Virus record (IMG/VR): IMGVR_UViG_3300042731_008413
Location: 1-64,000 of that record
DNA length: 64,000 nucleotides
From: a virus
Reading direction: 5' to 3' (one strand)
The position numbers were made by a program, and so were the translations under genes. The stretch's first letter is position 1, and each line of letters starts with the position of its first letter. Under the pieces are notes generated by a model. It searched no databases and was not told where the DNA came from. It was given only the letters and a program-made list of their open reading frames with translations. Below, piece by piece: positions 1 through 9,508 of this stretch.

Positions 1-26
1 TGATAAAGTGTGGGTGGTTAAGGAGG

Positions 27-734
27 ATGAAGAGAATGTTGATCTTTGATATCGAAACCGTTCCGAATAAAGAGATGGAAAAGTTTTTGCCGGAAATCAA
101 GGCTCCCGGTAATTACAAGAAGCCGGAATCCATCCAAAAGTGGCTGGATGAAAACAGCGAGACAGCCCGATATGAGCAGGTGAGCAAAATGGCTCTGGAT
201 ATGTGTTTGGCCAAGGTGCGGGCGATTGGGTTGTGGACCCCCTCGTTTAGCCCGGATGGGGTGTCTGTTCTTTATGTCACTGATGATGAATCGGAGTTGG
301 CTCATCCGGTGGCCTCCGAACGTCAAGCCCTGTCCGTGTTCTGGAACGCGGTGGGAACATTTGGATTCCCCCTCATTGGCTTCAACAGCAATGCCTTTGA
401 CCTCCCCATTCTATTCTGGCGGTCGATGGTCCTCGGGGTGCCGGGTCTAAACCGGGAGTTCAACCGGTACGACAAGGATTTCGTTGACCTGTATGAAATG
501 CTGACTTTTCGGAATCCTCGTTTGGGGTCGATGGCTGGCCTGGGACTAAAGCGCGTGGCCGAGATGTTGGGTATCCCCAACGATACCCCCGATATGGATG
601 GCAGCCAGGTGGCCGAAATGAGTGATGAAGAGTTGGTCACGTATCTGACCAGCGACATTGAGTTGACTAGGGCGTTGTACTATCGGATGGAAGGTATCTA
701 CTTTCCGAACCAACCAGAATGTGAGGTATTTTGA
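27..734 (+). CDS. PolB-related 3'-5' exonuclease (DEDDy)
   Basis: IFDIETVP (Exo I), GFNSNAFDLP (Exo II), YLTSDI (Exo III); AGGAGG RBS upstream. Confidence 0.85.
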   Translation: MKRMLIFDIETVPNKEMEKFLPEIKAPGNYKKPESIQKWLDENSETARYEQVSKMALDMCLAKVRAIGLWTPSFSPDGVSVLYVTDDESELAHPVASERQALSVFWNAVGTFGFPLIGFNSNAFDLPILFWRSMVLGVPGLNREFNRYDKDFVDLYEMLTFRNPRLGSMAGLGLKRVAEMLGIPNDTPDMDGSQVAEMSDEELVTYLTSDIELTRALYYRMEGIYFPNQPECEVF

Positions 735-1066
735 TGTGGTCTGTAAATTTACTTTTCTTGATTGGGATTGTTGTTAGCTTGGGAATTGTGTTGCTTGGCC
801 TATGGTTTGACCATAGGGTGTTCAAGCGAGTGGTGATTGTTCAGATGTCACCCGGTCCCTTGTATCTGGTTAGTCGTAAGACCAAGATGGGGTCCAATAC
901 CTGGACTACTAATATTTGGGAAGCCCGAATGTATACCTGGAATCGGGCGGAGTTTCCGGCTTCAGCGATTAAGGGCAATTCTTTGATGGTCATCGAGTGC
1001 TGGCAAGTAAATCGGATAAGGATGTGGCTGCATCGGTTGGTGGGTCGACCTACGGTAGACCGGTAG
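731..1066 (+). CDS. hypothetical membrane protein
   Basis: N-terminal hydrophobic helix; overlaps the upstream stop codon. Confidence 0.55.
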   Translation: MMWSVNLLFLIGIVVSLGIVLLGLWFDHRVFKRVVIVQMSPGPLYLVSRKTKMGSNTWTTNIWEARMYTWNRAEFPASAIKGNSLMVIECWQVNRIRMWLHRLVGRPTVDR

Positions 1067-1067
1067 T

Positions 1068-1082
1068 TATTATAGTGTAATA
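1068..1082. promoter_or_regulatory. 15-bp palindromic operator-like motif TATTATAGTGTAATA
   Basis: Intergenic copy of a motif recurring at 6330, 6758, 14038, 30901, 50925, 55048, 59526. Confidence 0.6.
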
Positions 1083-1092
1083 GGGTGTTAGA

Positions 1093-2112
1093 ATGGACAT
1101 TTATGAATGTCCGCATTGCAAAAATAAAATCCAGGTCAAGGCCGACACCAAAATCGCCATCTACAAATATGGTGGTCTTGGTGTTAGGCGACTATTTGGC
1201 CGGCAAAAGAAGTCTCGAACGGGAACGATGGAATCGACTCGCAAATTCAAGAGCGAAGTCCTGTCATTGCCCCAACCCAAGCCCACCGGTTTTACCCGGC
1301 AGCCCGGTTTTGGTAGTGACCTCTCTATCCCCGGTGGCATAACTGCCCGGCGAGAATCCGCAGACTATATGCCCACCCGCGAAAGCCACGTCGATGTTCC
1401 CTGGCAACAGGCTATCAGGAATGGCTTGTTGTGGGGTGGTTTCATTCTGGTGGGGGGGGTGGGTGGCTTGTGGATTGCCTCTTCAGTGGTTAGCGAAATC
1501 TCCCCCAACGCCTTCCTGGATGAAATCAACTGGTTGATTCGGAAAATTGGTTGGTTCAAGCTGTCGTTGACCGGGTTGTTGAGTGGTATTACGGTGATGT
1601 TGTGGATCGCCCGGAAAGATTTTAATATCCAGGTCGAGAATTACAGCGAGGCCATTCACCGGCTGGAAGAGTTTAGCCGACAAGACATCAATGGGGATGG
1701 CTATGTGGGTGAACCGGAGCAAACCCCAATCGAGGTTGATCTACCGGCCCCCAAGGGGGGAAAGCGCAAGGTCTATGCCGATCTACCGGGGAATCGGCGG
1801 AAATTAGTGGGCTTCGCCTGGGCAGTCCTGCATCCAAACTATGCGGTAAACTTCTCATTTTATGGGGCGGAGCGGACGGGCTATGGAAAAGCGGCTTTCG
1901 GCAAGCTCCGGGATGTGTTCGTTGATCGCCAGTGGGCTTTTGTTAAAGACCCCTCGATCACAAACAGTGAATTGGTGCTGACCAGGGAAGGGAAGCACGT
2001 TTTGTATCGGTTGACTCAAGAGGCCCCCGAGGATTTGCCGGAAGACGTGGATTTGGAGGGGCCGGAAGCCCCGGAAACTCAGTATGGGAAGTTCACGGAA
2101 ATTGATTACTAA
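1093..2112 (+). CDS. hypothetical membrane protein with N-terminal CxxC
   Basis: CPHC, two predicted TM segments, DINGDG motif. Confidence 0.6.
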   Translation: MDIYECPHCKNKIQVKADTKIAIYKYGGLGVRRLFGRQKKSRTGTMESTRKFKSEVLSLPQPKPTGFTRQPGFGSDLSIPGGITARRESADYMPTRESHVDVPWQQAIRNGLLWGGFILVGGVGGLWIASSVVSEISPNAFLDEINWLIRKIGWFKLSLTGLLSGITVMLWIARKDFNIQVENYSEAIHRLEEFSRQDINGDGYVGEPEQTPIEVDLPAPKGGKRKVYADLPGNRRKLVGFAWAVLHPNYAVNFSFYGAERTGYGKAAFGKLRDVFVDRQWAFVKDPSITNSELVLTREGKHVLYRLTQEAPEDLPEDVDLEGPEAPETQYGKFTEIDY

Positions 2113-3400
2113 ATATTACGCTACGCTGACAAAACGAGATCGAATAAGAATCGATGGGGTTAATCATCCGATTTGGAAGTTTCTGGAAGTTCAACCGGAT
2201 GGGTGGCTTACCTCTTTGGCTTATCCCAGGCCGCCTATCCCTGAAGGGGCTAGAGAAATTGTCGATTGCGGGGCCTGGACATATCGTAATGAGCAATATC
2301 CGGTTATCGGCAAAAATCTTGTAACGCCAGAGTGGGCTTTTGAGCAATATTCTTTGATACCTGATGGACCGATAGTGATAACCCCAGATCACATGCTGAT
2401 AGATGGTGTTAATTTAGAATATCGTCGTCAATTGAACAAGAAGTTTGCCAAAGAGTTTTTGCGCTTGTGCTCTGGCAGTAATTTGAAGCCTATGGCTGTT
2501 GCTCACGGAATGGATATCAAAGAGCGACTTGATTACACGGCTTTTTTGGTTAGATTGGGGTATCAACGCATTGCATTAGGGGGGCTGGCGGCAAGAAAGT
2601 CAGACAAAGTTGGCAATGTGAAGTTCGTCAGTGAAGTTCGTCAGCGATGGCCTGACACATATCTGCACGTTTTAGGATTGTCATCCGAGGATTACTGTAA
2701 AAATTGGGTGGAGCTAGGGGTTGATAGTTTTGATGGGGCCTCGCATTACAAACGTGGTATAGCTTCTGGCTACTTTTATCAGGAAAATGGAGTAGATTAT
2801 TACAAAGCAGCTAAATACCATGGTATGATTGATTTTCCTGAGTGTAATTGTAGGAGTTGCCTACAGTTAAGGAACTTCGGAATCGACACTCGCTCATTTG
2901 GCAACGGGAACCGAAACATCGGGAGAGCTACCCACAATCTAAATGTGCTTATCAAGCGTCATCGCTGGCATACCAAAAAGAAAGTGGTTTTTGTGTCTTG
3001 CGTAGGCCAAAAACAAAAAGGTACTCATTCAGCGAAGGACTTGTACCAATCAACGTGGTTTCATAAAGCCAGACGATATGCTGAGGATGTTGGGGATCAG
3101 TGGCTTGTTCTGAGCGCCAAACATGGTGTGGTTGCTCCAGATGACCAAATAGCCGATTACGATGTTACCTTGAATAAGATGGACGTAAAATCCCGGATGG
3201 TTTGGGGTAACGAGATAACGAAATATGTCCTTAAGAATTATTTGCCTCAAGATCATAAGCTCATTTTCTTGGCCGGACGAAAGTATCGGGAGTTTACGAC
3301 CCCATATTTGCGGAATTGCGGCTATGACATCGAGGTTCCGATGATGGGTTTGGGAATTGGGCAACAGCTACAATGGCTTGATAGACACAATGGAGGATAA
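2084..3400 (+). CDS. tRNA/DNA-guanine transglycosylase-like (DpdA-like) protein fused to a C-terminal DUF6884-like domain
   Basis: DCGAW, IALGGL, LHVLG, VDSFDGAS and CxCxxC...H Zn site of the TGT fold; C-terminal VSCVGQK...DLYQS...LSAKHG...YDVTL. Confidence 0.75.
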   Translation: MGSSRKLITKYYATLTKRDRIRIDGVNHPIWKFLEVQPDGWLTSLAYPRPPIPEGAREIVDCGAWTYRNEQYPVIGKNLVTPEWAFEQYSLIPDGPIVITPDHMLIDGVNLEYRRQLNKKFAKEFLRLCSGSNLKPMAVAHGMDIKERLDYTAFLVRLGYQRIALGGLAARKSDKVGNVKFVSEVRQRWPDTYLHVLGLSSEDYCKNWVELGVDSFDGASHYKRGIASGYFYQENGVDYYKAAKYHGMIDFPECNCRSCLQLRNFGIDTRSFGNGNRNIGRATHNLNVLIKRHRWHTKKKVVFVSCVGQKQKGTHSAKDLYQSTWFHKARRYAEDVGDQWLVLSAKHGVVAPDDQIADYDVTLNKMDVKSRMVWGNEITKYVLKNYLPQDHKLIFLAGRKYREFTTPYLRNCGYDIEVPMMGLGIGQQLQWLDRHNGG

Positions 3401-3401
3401 A

Positions 3402-4004
3402 ATGGATAAAAAATTGGTCGTATTATCTTCGTTTTTTGTTACATCTCTGGTTTTATCCAATATCATATCGAGTAAGTTGATGTTGGTAGCCGGGTTTGTT
3501 CTTCCGGTCGGGGTCATCCTATTCCCCGTTAGTTACATTATTGGAGATGTTTTAGCTGAGGTTTATGGATATAAAACGACCAGGTTTGTCATTTTTTTGG
3601 GTTTTACCTGTAACCTGTTCGCGGTTCTGTTTATCTGGTTAGCCATTATGTTGCCACCGGCCTCGATCTATGAAGGACAGCTAGAATTTACTTCTGTTTT
3701 GGGGTTTACCCCCAGGCTATTGGTTGCTTCGTTTGCGGCCTACTTGGTTGGAGAAGTTGCCAATGCGAAGGTAATGGTCTATCTCAAGAAAGCGACTTCT
3801 GGCCGATGGCTTTGGACCAGGACCATATCTTCAACCGTGGTAGGACAAGGGCTAGATTCCCTGTTGTTTATCTCTATAGCTTTCTGGGGCATTGTTCCAC
3901 TTGATATCTTGAGTGGGATGATTGTAACACAATGGCTGTTTAAGGTGGCTTATGAGGCTATAGCTACTCCGTTGACTTATGTTGTTGTGGCTAAGGTTAA
4001 ATAA
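3402..4004 (+). CDS. yhhQ: queuosine-precursor (preQ0/preQ1) transporter, VUT family
   Basis: SNIISSKL, FPVSYIIGDVLAEVYG, RTISSTVVGQGLDS, QWLFKVAYE; GGAGG RBS before ATG 3402. Confidence 0.9.
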   Translation: MDKKLVVLSSFFVTSLVLSNIISSKLMLVAGFVLPVGVILFPVSYIIGDVLAEVYGYKTTRFVIFLGFTCNLFAVLFIWLAIMLPPASIYEGQLEFTSVLGFTPRLLVASFAAYLVGEVANAKVMVYLKKATSGRWLWTRTISSTVVGQGLDSLLFISIAFWGIVPLDILSGMIVTQWLFKVAYEAIATPLTYVVVAKVK

Positions 4005-4379
4005 ATGTGGACCGACTTCCTAAAATATGTCATCCTCAACCAGCGGCCCCAGATAGACGAAACTATCTTCCAGTCAGAACCGGAACGTCAGTTCTACCAC
4101 GCGGCTGTCAAGTTGATTCCCGGCCTAATCCCTCAGGTGCCGGTGCGAGGGTATCAAGTGGATTTCGGGTTGCCGGAGGGTAGGGTATTTTTTGAGGTCT
4201 ATGGCTACCAGTGGCATCACAGCAAGCCAGATATGGAGCGGGATGTAGCCAGGCTGAGGCATCTGGGGTTGTCGGGGTGGATCGGGTGGGTCTTTATGGC
4301 TGATGAAGTGATGGCTGACCCGGAGGCTTGCGCTCGGTTGGCCAGGCAATTGGTGAATGAAATAAGGAGGAGAAAATGA
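4005..4379 (+). CDS. DUF559/Vsr-like PD-(D/E)xK endonuclease
   Basis: SEPER...YQVDF...FEVYGYQWH...ERD...GW. Confidence 0.7.
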   Translation: MWTDFLKYVILNQRPQIDETIFQSEPERQFYHAAVKLIPGLIPQVPVRGYQVDFGLPEGRVFFEVYGYQWHHSKPDMERDVARLRHLGLSGWIGWVFMADEVMADPEACARLARQLVNEIRRRK

Positions 4380-5113
4380 AGACTGTTGTGGTAGCAAAGT
4401 ACAAGTTTCAATTGGGTGTTTTGGTTGGGATTGGGTTGTTGGCAATGTGGGTTCTGACTATGTTGCTACCCCTTAATGTTTATCTGATGATTGGGTGGGC
4501 TATTTGGGGGTTGTTGGGGGTGTGGCTGAGTTGGAGTTGGTTAGCCAGACCCCTCTTTGGGCTTCAGACTGTGCGAATTGGCAAAGAGATAGAATCTGCC
4601 TTTGATCGTTTTGACGAATCGATGGACAAGCTATCTAAAGAGGAAAGTATTTTGCAAGCCGATGTCAGGGACGCGGTTGTATATCAAAGAGAGATCATCA
4701 AGGTATTGACCGGGTTCATCGATAAGGCAGAATCCTTAAAGGCGCAACGCCAACAATTGGTTCAAGGGGTGGGGGAGCAATTATTCTATGACCCGGAATT
4801 TGGGGGGATGCTACAGAGACTTGATCCGGGGAGTAAGCAAGCCACCATTGAATCGGAAAGTGGGATTTTATCGGCCCAAGAGGATGCCTACCGGCAACAA
4901 GCAGCCCTAATCCTGAATCGGGTGATGCAATCTAGAGCAGCTATCGCCCGGCAGCAATTAAAGCTGAAACAAGTCGAGGCCGCTCAACCTATCTTGAGAC
5001 TGAATAAGTCTTTGGGTGATTGTGGAAATCGATTGGCTTATTTGTCTGGGGGGGTGTTGGCTAACATCGGTAATAATTCATTGAAATTATTGGTGGGAGA
5101 TAGCGATGAGTAA
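4376..5113 (+). CDS. membrane-anchored coiled-coil protein
   Basis: Two N-terminal TM helices then a helical Q/E/L-rich region; AGGAG RBS. Confidence 0.6.
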   Translation: MKTVVVAKYKFQLGVLVGIGLLAMWVLTMLLPLNVYLMIGWAIWGLLGVWLSWSWLARPLFGLQTVRIGKEIESAFDRFDESMDKLSKEESILQADVRDAVVYQREIIKVLTGFIDKAESLKAQRQQLVQGVGEQLFYDPEFGGMLQRLDPGSKQATIESESGILSAQEDAYRQQAALILNRVMQSRAAIARQQLKLKQVEAAQPILRLNKSLGDCGNRLAYLSGGVLANIGNNSLKLLVGDSDE

Positions 5114-5369
5114 AATTGTCAGGTCTACTCAGGTAAACTACAACCTGGCCCTGGTGTCCACCATCGAGGGCGACCGGCAGGAGTTGCGGATATTGCCGTT
5201 GGTTCAACTAACGGCACTGATATTCTGGCTATATTCACTGTTTTTGATAGTAGCGACCCTGGATGCCAGAATCCAACTAGCGGTGATAGACGTGGTGCGC
5301 TCCTGGTCGCCGTGGCTTAGTATGGGGGTGGTGGTGGTCAAGGCTTTGTGGTTTGGGGTGGTGGGATGA
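5106..5369 (+). CDS. small membrane protein
   Basis: Two hydrophobic segments; coupled to neighbours. Confidence 0.5.
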   Translation: MSKIVRSTQVNYNLALVSTIEGDRQELRILPLVQLTALIFWLYSLFLIVATLDARIQLAVIDVVRSWSPWLSMGVVVVKALWFGVVG

Positions 5370-5790
5370 AAGTCATCGTTCAGGGCGATGCCCCCAAGCA
5401 AGCTACACCCTATTCGGTAGGATATGATCTGTCAGCTTCAGAGGATGTTCATTTTTGGCCGTTTCAATTCAAGTGGGTGCCAACCGGAATCCACCTGGCT
5501 GTCCCTGATAACATCCAGGTCGAAATCAGACCCAGAAGTAGTATGGGCATCAGCCAGGGGTGGCTGATTCATTACGGCACCATTGACCCGGACTACTTTG
5601 GCGAGGTCAAGGTTGGGATGATGAATCTCAGGCCGTGGCCGCGGAAGTAAAGTTTGGGCAACGAATTGCTCAGGCTGTTTTTAACCGGTATGTCGAGGTT
5701 GAGTTCGAGGCGGGCCACATCTCTGAGTTGAATGTCCATGCGGTGCGGAGCAAGTATGAGCATACTGGGTTTGGGAGTAGCGGAGAATGA
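5366..5790 (+). pseudogene. dut: trimeric dUTPase split by a 1-nt frameshift near 5646
   Basis: Motifs 1-3 (GYDL, RPRSS, GTIDPDYFG) end at TAA 5650; motifs 4-5 (GQRIAQ, GFGSSG) continue in the -1 frame from 5647 to TGA 5790. Confidence 0.85.
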
Positions 5791-6011
5791 GACGATTAAA
5801 AAAATTATGGCATCAATTGAAGGTTTTGTGGGTTGTTAGCCTTGAATTTGAGAATTTGGCTGGAGCTTTGACTAAACAGGCAAAAACTATTGGCTTTCAT
5901 CAAAATGCGATTTATGATCTTTAGTTGAAAATGGGCCAAGAAACTGTGGTACACGAAGACCAACGATGGCTTCGTTTTGTTGGAAGAAAGGCTTTGGAAT
6001 ATGACTCTTGA
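5787..6011 (+). pseudogene. small ORF with an internal TAG at 5922
   Basis: ATGA overlap with dut; frame continues to TGA 6011 overlapping the next ATG. Confidence 0.4.
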
Positions 6012-6342
6012 TTGGATTTGTAATAATTGCAAAACAACTAACTATGGTACTAGCATCACCTACAAAACTCATTGCCAGAAATGCGGAAAGTATTGGGGTG
6101 ATGTAGGCCAGTTTTTGAATGGAGTACCAATGGATGATGGTGGTGAGATTATTCCTCTTCGCCCTTACAGATGGACCTGCCGGCATTGCAATACATTCAA
6201 TGATAATCCGTTTGATGCTTGTAGTAAATGTGGGTTGACACAGAGTTTGACTGATAGTGAAAGACTATTAGTTATCATGCTTGGGATTATGAGTGTGATT
6301 GTGTTAATCCTTATTGTAATCCTCGCAGTCATTACACTGTAA
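6001..6342 (+). CDS. double zinc-ribbon protein with C-terminal TM anchor
   Basis: WxCxxC...CxxCG twice (RanBP2-like); hydrophobic C-terminus. Confidence 0.6.
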   Translation: MTLDWICNNCKTTNYGTSITYKTHCQKCGKYWGDVGQFLNGVPMDDGGEIIPLRPYRWTCRHCNTFNDNPFDACSKCGLTQSLTDSERLLVIMLGIMSVIVLILIVILAVITL

Positions 6343-6363
6343 TACTTTTTTGCGGGAAAGTCA

Positions 6364-6747
6364 ATGAATAATTTTACGGAATTTACAAGAAGAATTAGTG
6401 CGTATTTGGATATGATAGATTCGGAAGAAGATTCATCAAAAAAGGGTGAATTGATTTTGGAGGCATTGGCTTGTAACTCTCAGGAGGATGATAGATTTAC
6501 TTTTCAGATTGGTGATTTGGTAATCAACCACTCTATTCAACCCCCGATGCAAAGACACAAATTGGCCATAGTAACTTATAGGCGTAATGGTTACCCTCCC
6601 CCCTTATTTGACTGTTGGTTTCCTGTTTATATGATAAATTATTTAGAGTCACATCCTTTTAACGGAGAAGAGGTTGGACCCGGCTGTATTCACATAGCCA
6701 GCGATGAAGAAATTCTGGCTGTAATGTCTGGAAGTGAATATTACTAG
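6364..6747 (+). CDS. hypothetical protein
   Basis: 127-aa ORF filling the intergenic gap. Confidence 0.5.
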   Translation: MNNFTEFTRRISAYLDMIDSEEDSSKKGELILEALACNSQEDDRFTFQIGDLVINHSIQPPMQRHKLAIVTYRRNGYPPPLFDCWFPVYMINYLESHPFNGEEVGPGCIHIASDEEILAVMSGSEYY

Positions 6748-6772
6748 ACATCCTCGCTATTACACTATAATA
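6745..6772 (+). promoter_or_regulatory. promoter/operator upstream of the packaging genes
   Basis: TAGACA, 7 nt, then TATTACACTATAATA; same geometry as 14025 and 30888. Confidence 0.6.
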
Positions 6773-6814
6773 CTCCCCCTTGAGAAAAAAACAGATATAT
6801 GATATAGTATCTAT

Positions 6815-7363
6815 ATGCGTGAAGAGAACTATATCCCGGATGAAGAAGATGTCGATGTCGAGGCCGCAGCTTTAATAGCCGTGGGTGACAGTCATCTTAG
6901 CGTCCTGGCCCAACGCCCCAAGTCTGTCCGAGCCAAGTTGGAACGGGCTTTGAAGAGCGGGGCCGGTTCCGAGGTCATCCGGGCAATCCGGTCTGAGTAT
7001 CGGGAATTAGTTGCCATCCGCTTGGAGATGGCTACCGATTTGGCGGTTGATACCCTTGAAAAGATTATGAACGACAAGTGGATCAACGACAAGACCTCGA
7101 CCGCCGCGGCCAAGTCAGCCGAAATGGTCCTGGATCGAGCGGGCTTCCCCAAAGTCAGCCGGCGATTCGTGACCAATGAGGGGGGCGAGTCGAGAGACAT
7201 TATGCCCCCTCTCCCCGAACTCCTGGCCGACGCTAATCCCCAAGAGGCAAAATCCATTACTGAAAATTATCTTGAAGCAGTCCGGCTACTGGACGCCATG
7301 CGTCATAAGACAAAGCAGGTGATCGATGTTCGACCTGGTAAGCCGGACGAATCGACGGGATGA
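6815..7363 (+). CDS. probable terminase small subunit
   Basis: Position upstream of TerL; helical AVDTLEKIM...AAKSAEMVLDRAG segment typical of TerS. Confidence 0.55.
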   Translation: MREENYIPDEEDVDVEAAALIAVGDSHLSVLAQRPKSVRAKLERALKSGAGSEVIRAIRSEYRELVAIRLEMATDLAVDTLEKIMNDKWINDKTSTAAAKSAEMVLDRAGFPKVSRRFVTNEGGESRDIMPPLPELLADANPQEAKSITENYLEAVRLLDAMRHKTKQVIDVRPGKPDESTG

Positions 7364-7742
7364 CGTTTCCTATACCCGGCGAGAAATAATAGCCTCCTAT
7401 ACCCTCGACAGCAATTACGTAGCTTCCTATGAAATCTATTACGGTGATACCGAAGTCTGGCGCAAGGTCCAGCCGTTGGGGTCGGTCCTGGCCCTCAATC
7501 CGGCCACCCGCAAGGTGGTGCCGAATTTTGCCAGCTATGACTTCGGGGCGGTGGGGGTGTTGCTGGATGATGCGATGGTGGAATATGGCGACAAGGAAGT
7601 GAACGTGTTGTATAAGGGAGTGGCCAACGAAAAAGCGGTGTGGGATGATGGTCAGTACCAGAACGTGTTACAGGCTACCAGAGACGATTTGGCTGATCGG
7701 ATAACTTTCATTAACGCCGATAAGGTTGACGACTTATGGTAG
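7326..7742 (+). CDS. head decoration protein paralog
   Basis: Aligns by eye with 32513-32920 (ASYTLD/ASYTVD, RKVVPN, AVGV, LADRI.F). Confidence 0.7.
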   Translation: MFDLVSRTNRRDDVSYTRREIIASYTLDSNYVASYEIYYGDTEVWRKVQPLGSVLALNPATRKVVPNFASYDFGAVGVLLDDAMVEYGDKEVNVLYKGVANEKAVWDDGQYQNVLQATRDDLADRITFINADKVDDLW

Positions 7743-9508
7743 CCAAACTTCCCTCGATGGACCAGGAACTCATTCTGGCAATGTCCGACACCGAATGGTG
7801 GCAACAGAAAGCCAGGGTGTGTCGAGACTTGTATCAGGCCGGCCTGAAATTTCCCCAATGGTCTGAGGACCGGGCCAACCTCTGGAATCAAAGCCTGCGT
7901 TTCTTTGTCGATGATTTTATTCAACCCGAACTTCCCTGCCCCAAATTTCACGATGATTGGTACTGGTGGACGGTCAAAGAACAAGCCTATATGAACCTGT
8001 CTCCCCGAGATCACGCCAAGACTACGGTCCATAGCATCAATCGGGTAGTCTGGGAGATTGCTTGCAATCGCAATATTCGTTTCTTTATTACCTTCTCAAC
8101 AACTGATGTGGCCAAACTCATCCTCAGCCAGATCAAGATGCAGCTTACTCAAAACCCCCGGATCGTGGCCGGCTTTGGGCATTTCAATCCAGCCAACCTC
8201 AACCCCGATGAGCGCACCGTCGATCAGGACTGGAGTCAGTATTCCATCACCGTCAACCGGCCTGACTATAGCCTCAAGGACCCCACAGTGGTTGTGGCCG
8301 GAGCGATGACCAACGTATTGTCCAGGCGAGCCGACAGGCTGTACGCCGATGACATCATTTCCGACAAGGTGGCTTTTTCCAAGGCAGAATCGGAGCGGGT
8401 GGAGCGCTGGTATTTTAACGATGTGCAGCCGATTCTGGTTTCGGATGGACAGGAAGTTATCACCGGTACCCCCTATCGCAAGGGGGATTTTTACGACCAG
8501 ATCAAGAACCTGTCTATTGAATATGGGTTGTATCAGGTCTTTGTGGGGGATGCCATCGTCAATGAGGTCCGCAAAGAAACGCTGTGGCCGGAACGGTGGT
8601 CCTACGATGCTCTGATGCGGCAGCGGGCCAAGATGGGGGCTACCCGGTTCAATCGTAACTATCGGTGCCGGGTAACAGACGACAGCGATAGTGTTTTTCC
8701 GATGATTTGGTTTACCGGGGGTGTGTCGGACACAACCGGAGCCTATTATCGGGGCTGCTTTGATGAGACGATTTTGCTTGGCCCCTCCGATGGCACCAAA
8801 GAACGACCTTACCTGCGCTACGTAGTGTTTGGGGTTGACCCGGCTATCAGCGAGGCCAAAGGTAGCTCCTACTTTGCCATCGTTGTGTTGGGGATCGACG
8901 CCAAAGGCCGGGTGGTAGTTTGCGATATCGTTCAGGAGCATCTGGGCTTTGTGGCTCAGAAGCGGGTGCTGGTGGAGTTGGCCCGATTGTGGAATCCGGT
9001 CCATATCGCCGTGGAATCGAACTCCTACCAGAAGGCATTGTTGCAGGGGCTTGAAGCTGAAGCCAGATTTCTACCTATTGTGCCGACCTTTACCACCGCG
9101 GGCAACCCCCCGGAATTGGGTATTACCTCGATGGACGTATTTTTCGAGCAGGGACGGTTCAGGATACCTCGGGGCGATGCTCACAGCCGGCAAAAGACCG
9201 ACATTCTGGTGGAAGAGTTACATTTTTACGGCAAGAACGATACCGATGATCTGGTGATGGCTCTCTGGTTTGCCTTCGAGAGAATGAAAGGTGAGTTAAA
9301 GCGATTGAAAGCCCTCCCCCCGGCCAGTGACTTGATTTTTGCCGACGCCCAACGGTATTGGAACCAGAAGATTATGGGGGTGTCTGGCAATCTGATCCCC
9401 AGGCGGGCTTCATACGTGGCCAGGCACAAGGCGTTTGGTAGCCCGGTGGCAAGTTCACCCCTGAAACGGCTTAAGAAGCTGCGAAAAGAGCAGCAGGAGC
9501 GGTTATAA
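7736..9508 (+). CDS. terL: terminase large subunit
   Basis: PRDHAKTT Walker A, LYADD Walker B, GTP motif III, GVDPA and DDLVMAL nuclease motifs. Confidence 0.9.
   Translation: MVAKLPSMDQELILAMSDTEWWQQKARVCRDLYQAGLKFPQWSEDRANLWNQSLRFFVDDFIQPELPCPKFHDDWYWWTVKEQAYMNLSPRDHAKTTVHSINRVVWEIACNRNIRFFITFSTTDVAKLILSQIKMQLTQNPRIVAGFGHFNPANLNPDERTVDQDWSQYSITVNRPDYSLKDPTVVVAGAMTNVLSRRADRLYADDIISDKVAFSKAESERVERWYFNDVQPILVSDGQEVITGTPYRKGDFYDQIKNLSIEYGLYQVFVGDAIVNEVRKETLWPERWSYDALMRQRAKMGATRFNRNYRCRVTDDSDSVFPMIWFTGGVSDTTGAYYRGCFDETILLGPSDGTKERPYLRYVVFGVDPAISEAKGSSYFAIVVLGIDAKGRVVVCDIVQEHLGFVAQKRVLVELARLWNPVHIAVESNSYQKALLQGLEAEARFLPIVPTFTTAGNPPELGITSMDVFFEQGRFRIPRGDAHSRQKTDILVEELHFYGKNDTDDLVMALWFAFERMKGELKRLKALPPASDLIFADAQRYWNQKIMGVSGNLIPRRASYVARHKAFGSPVASSPLKRLKKLRKEQQERL

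Noticed and set aside
8096-9004. Long antisense ORFs (e.g. 8096-9004, 27599-28354, 38151-38864)
   Set aside because: Shadows of well-supported opposite-strand genes, with no motifs
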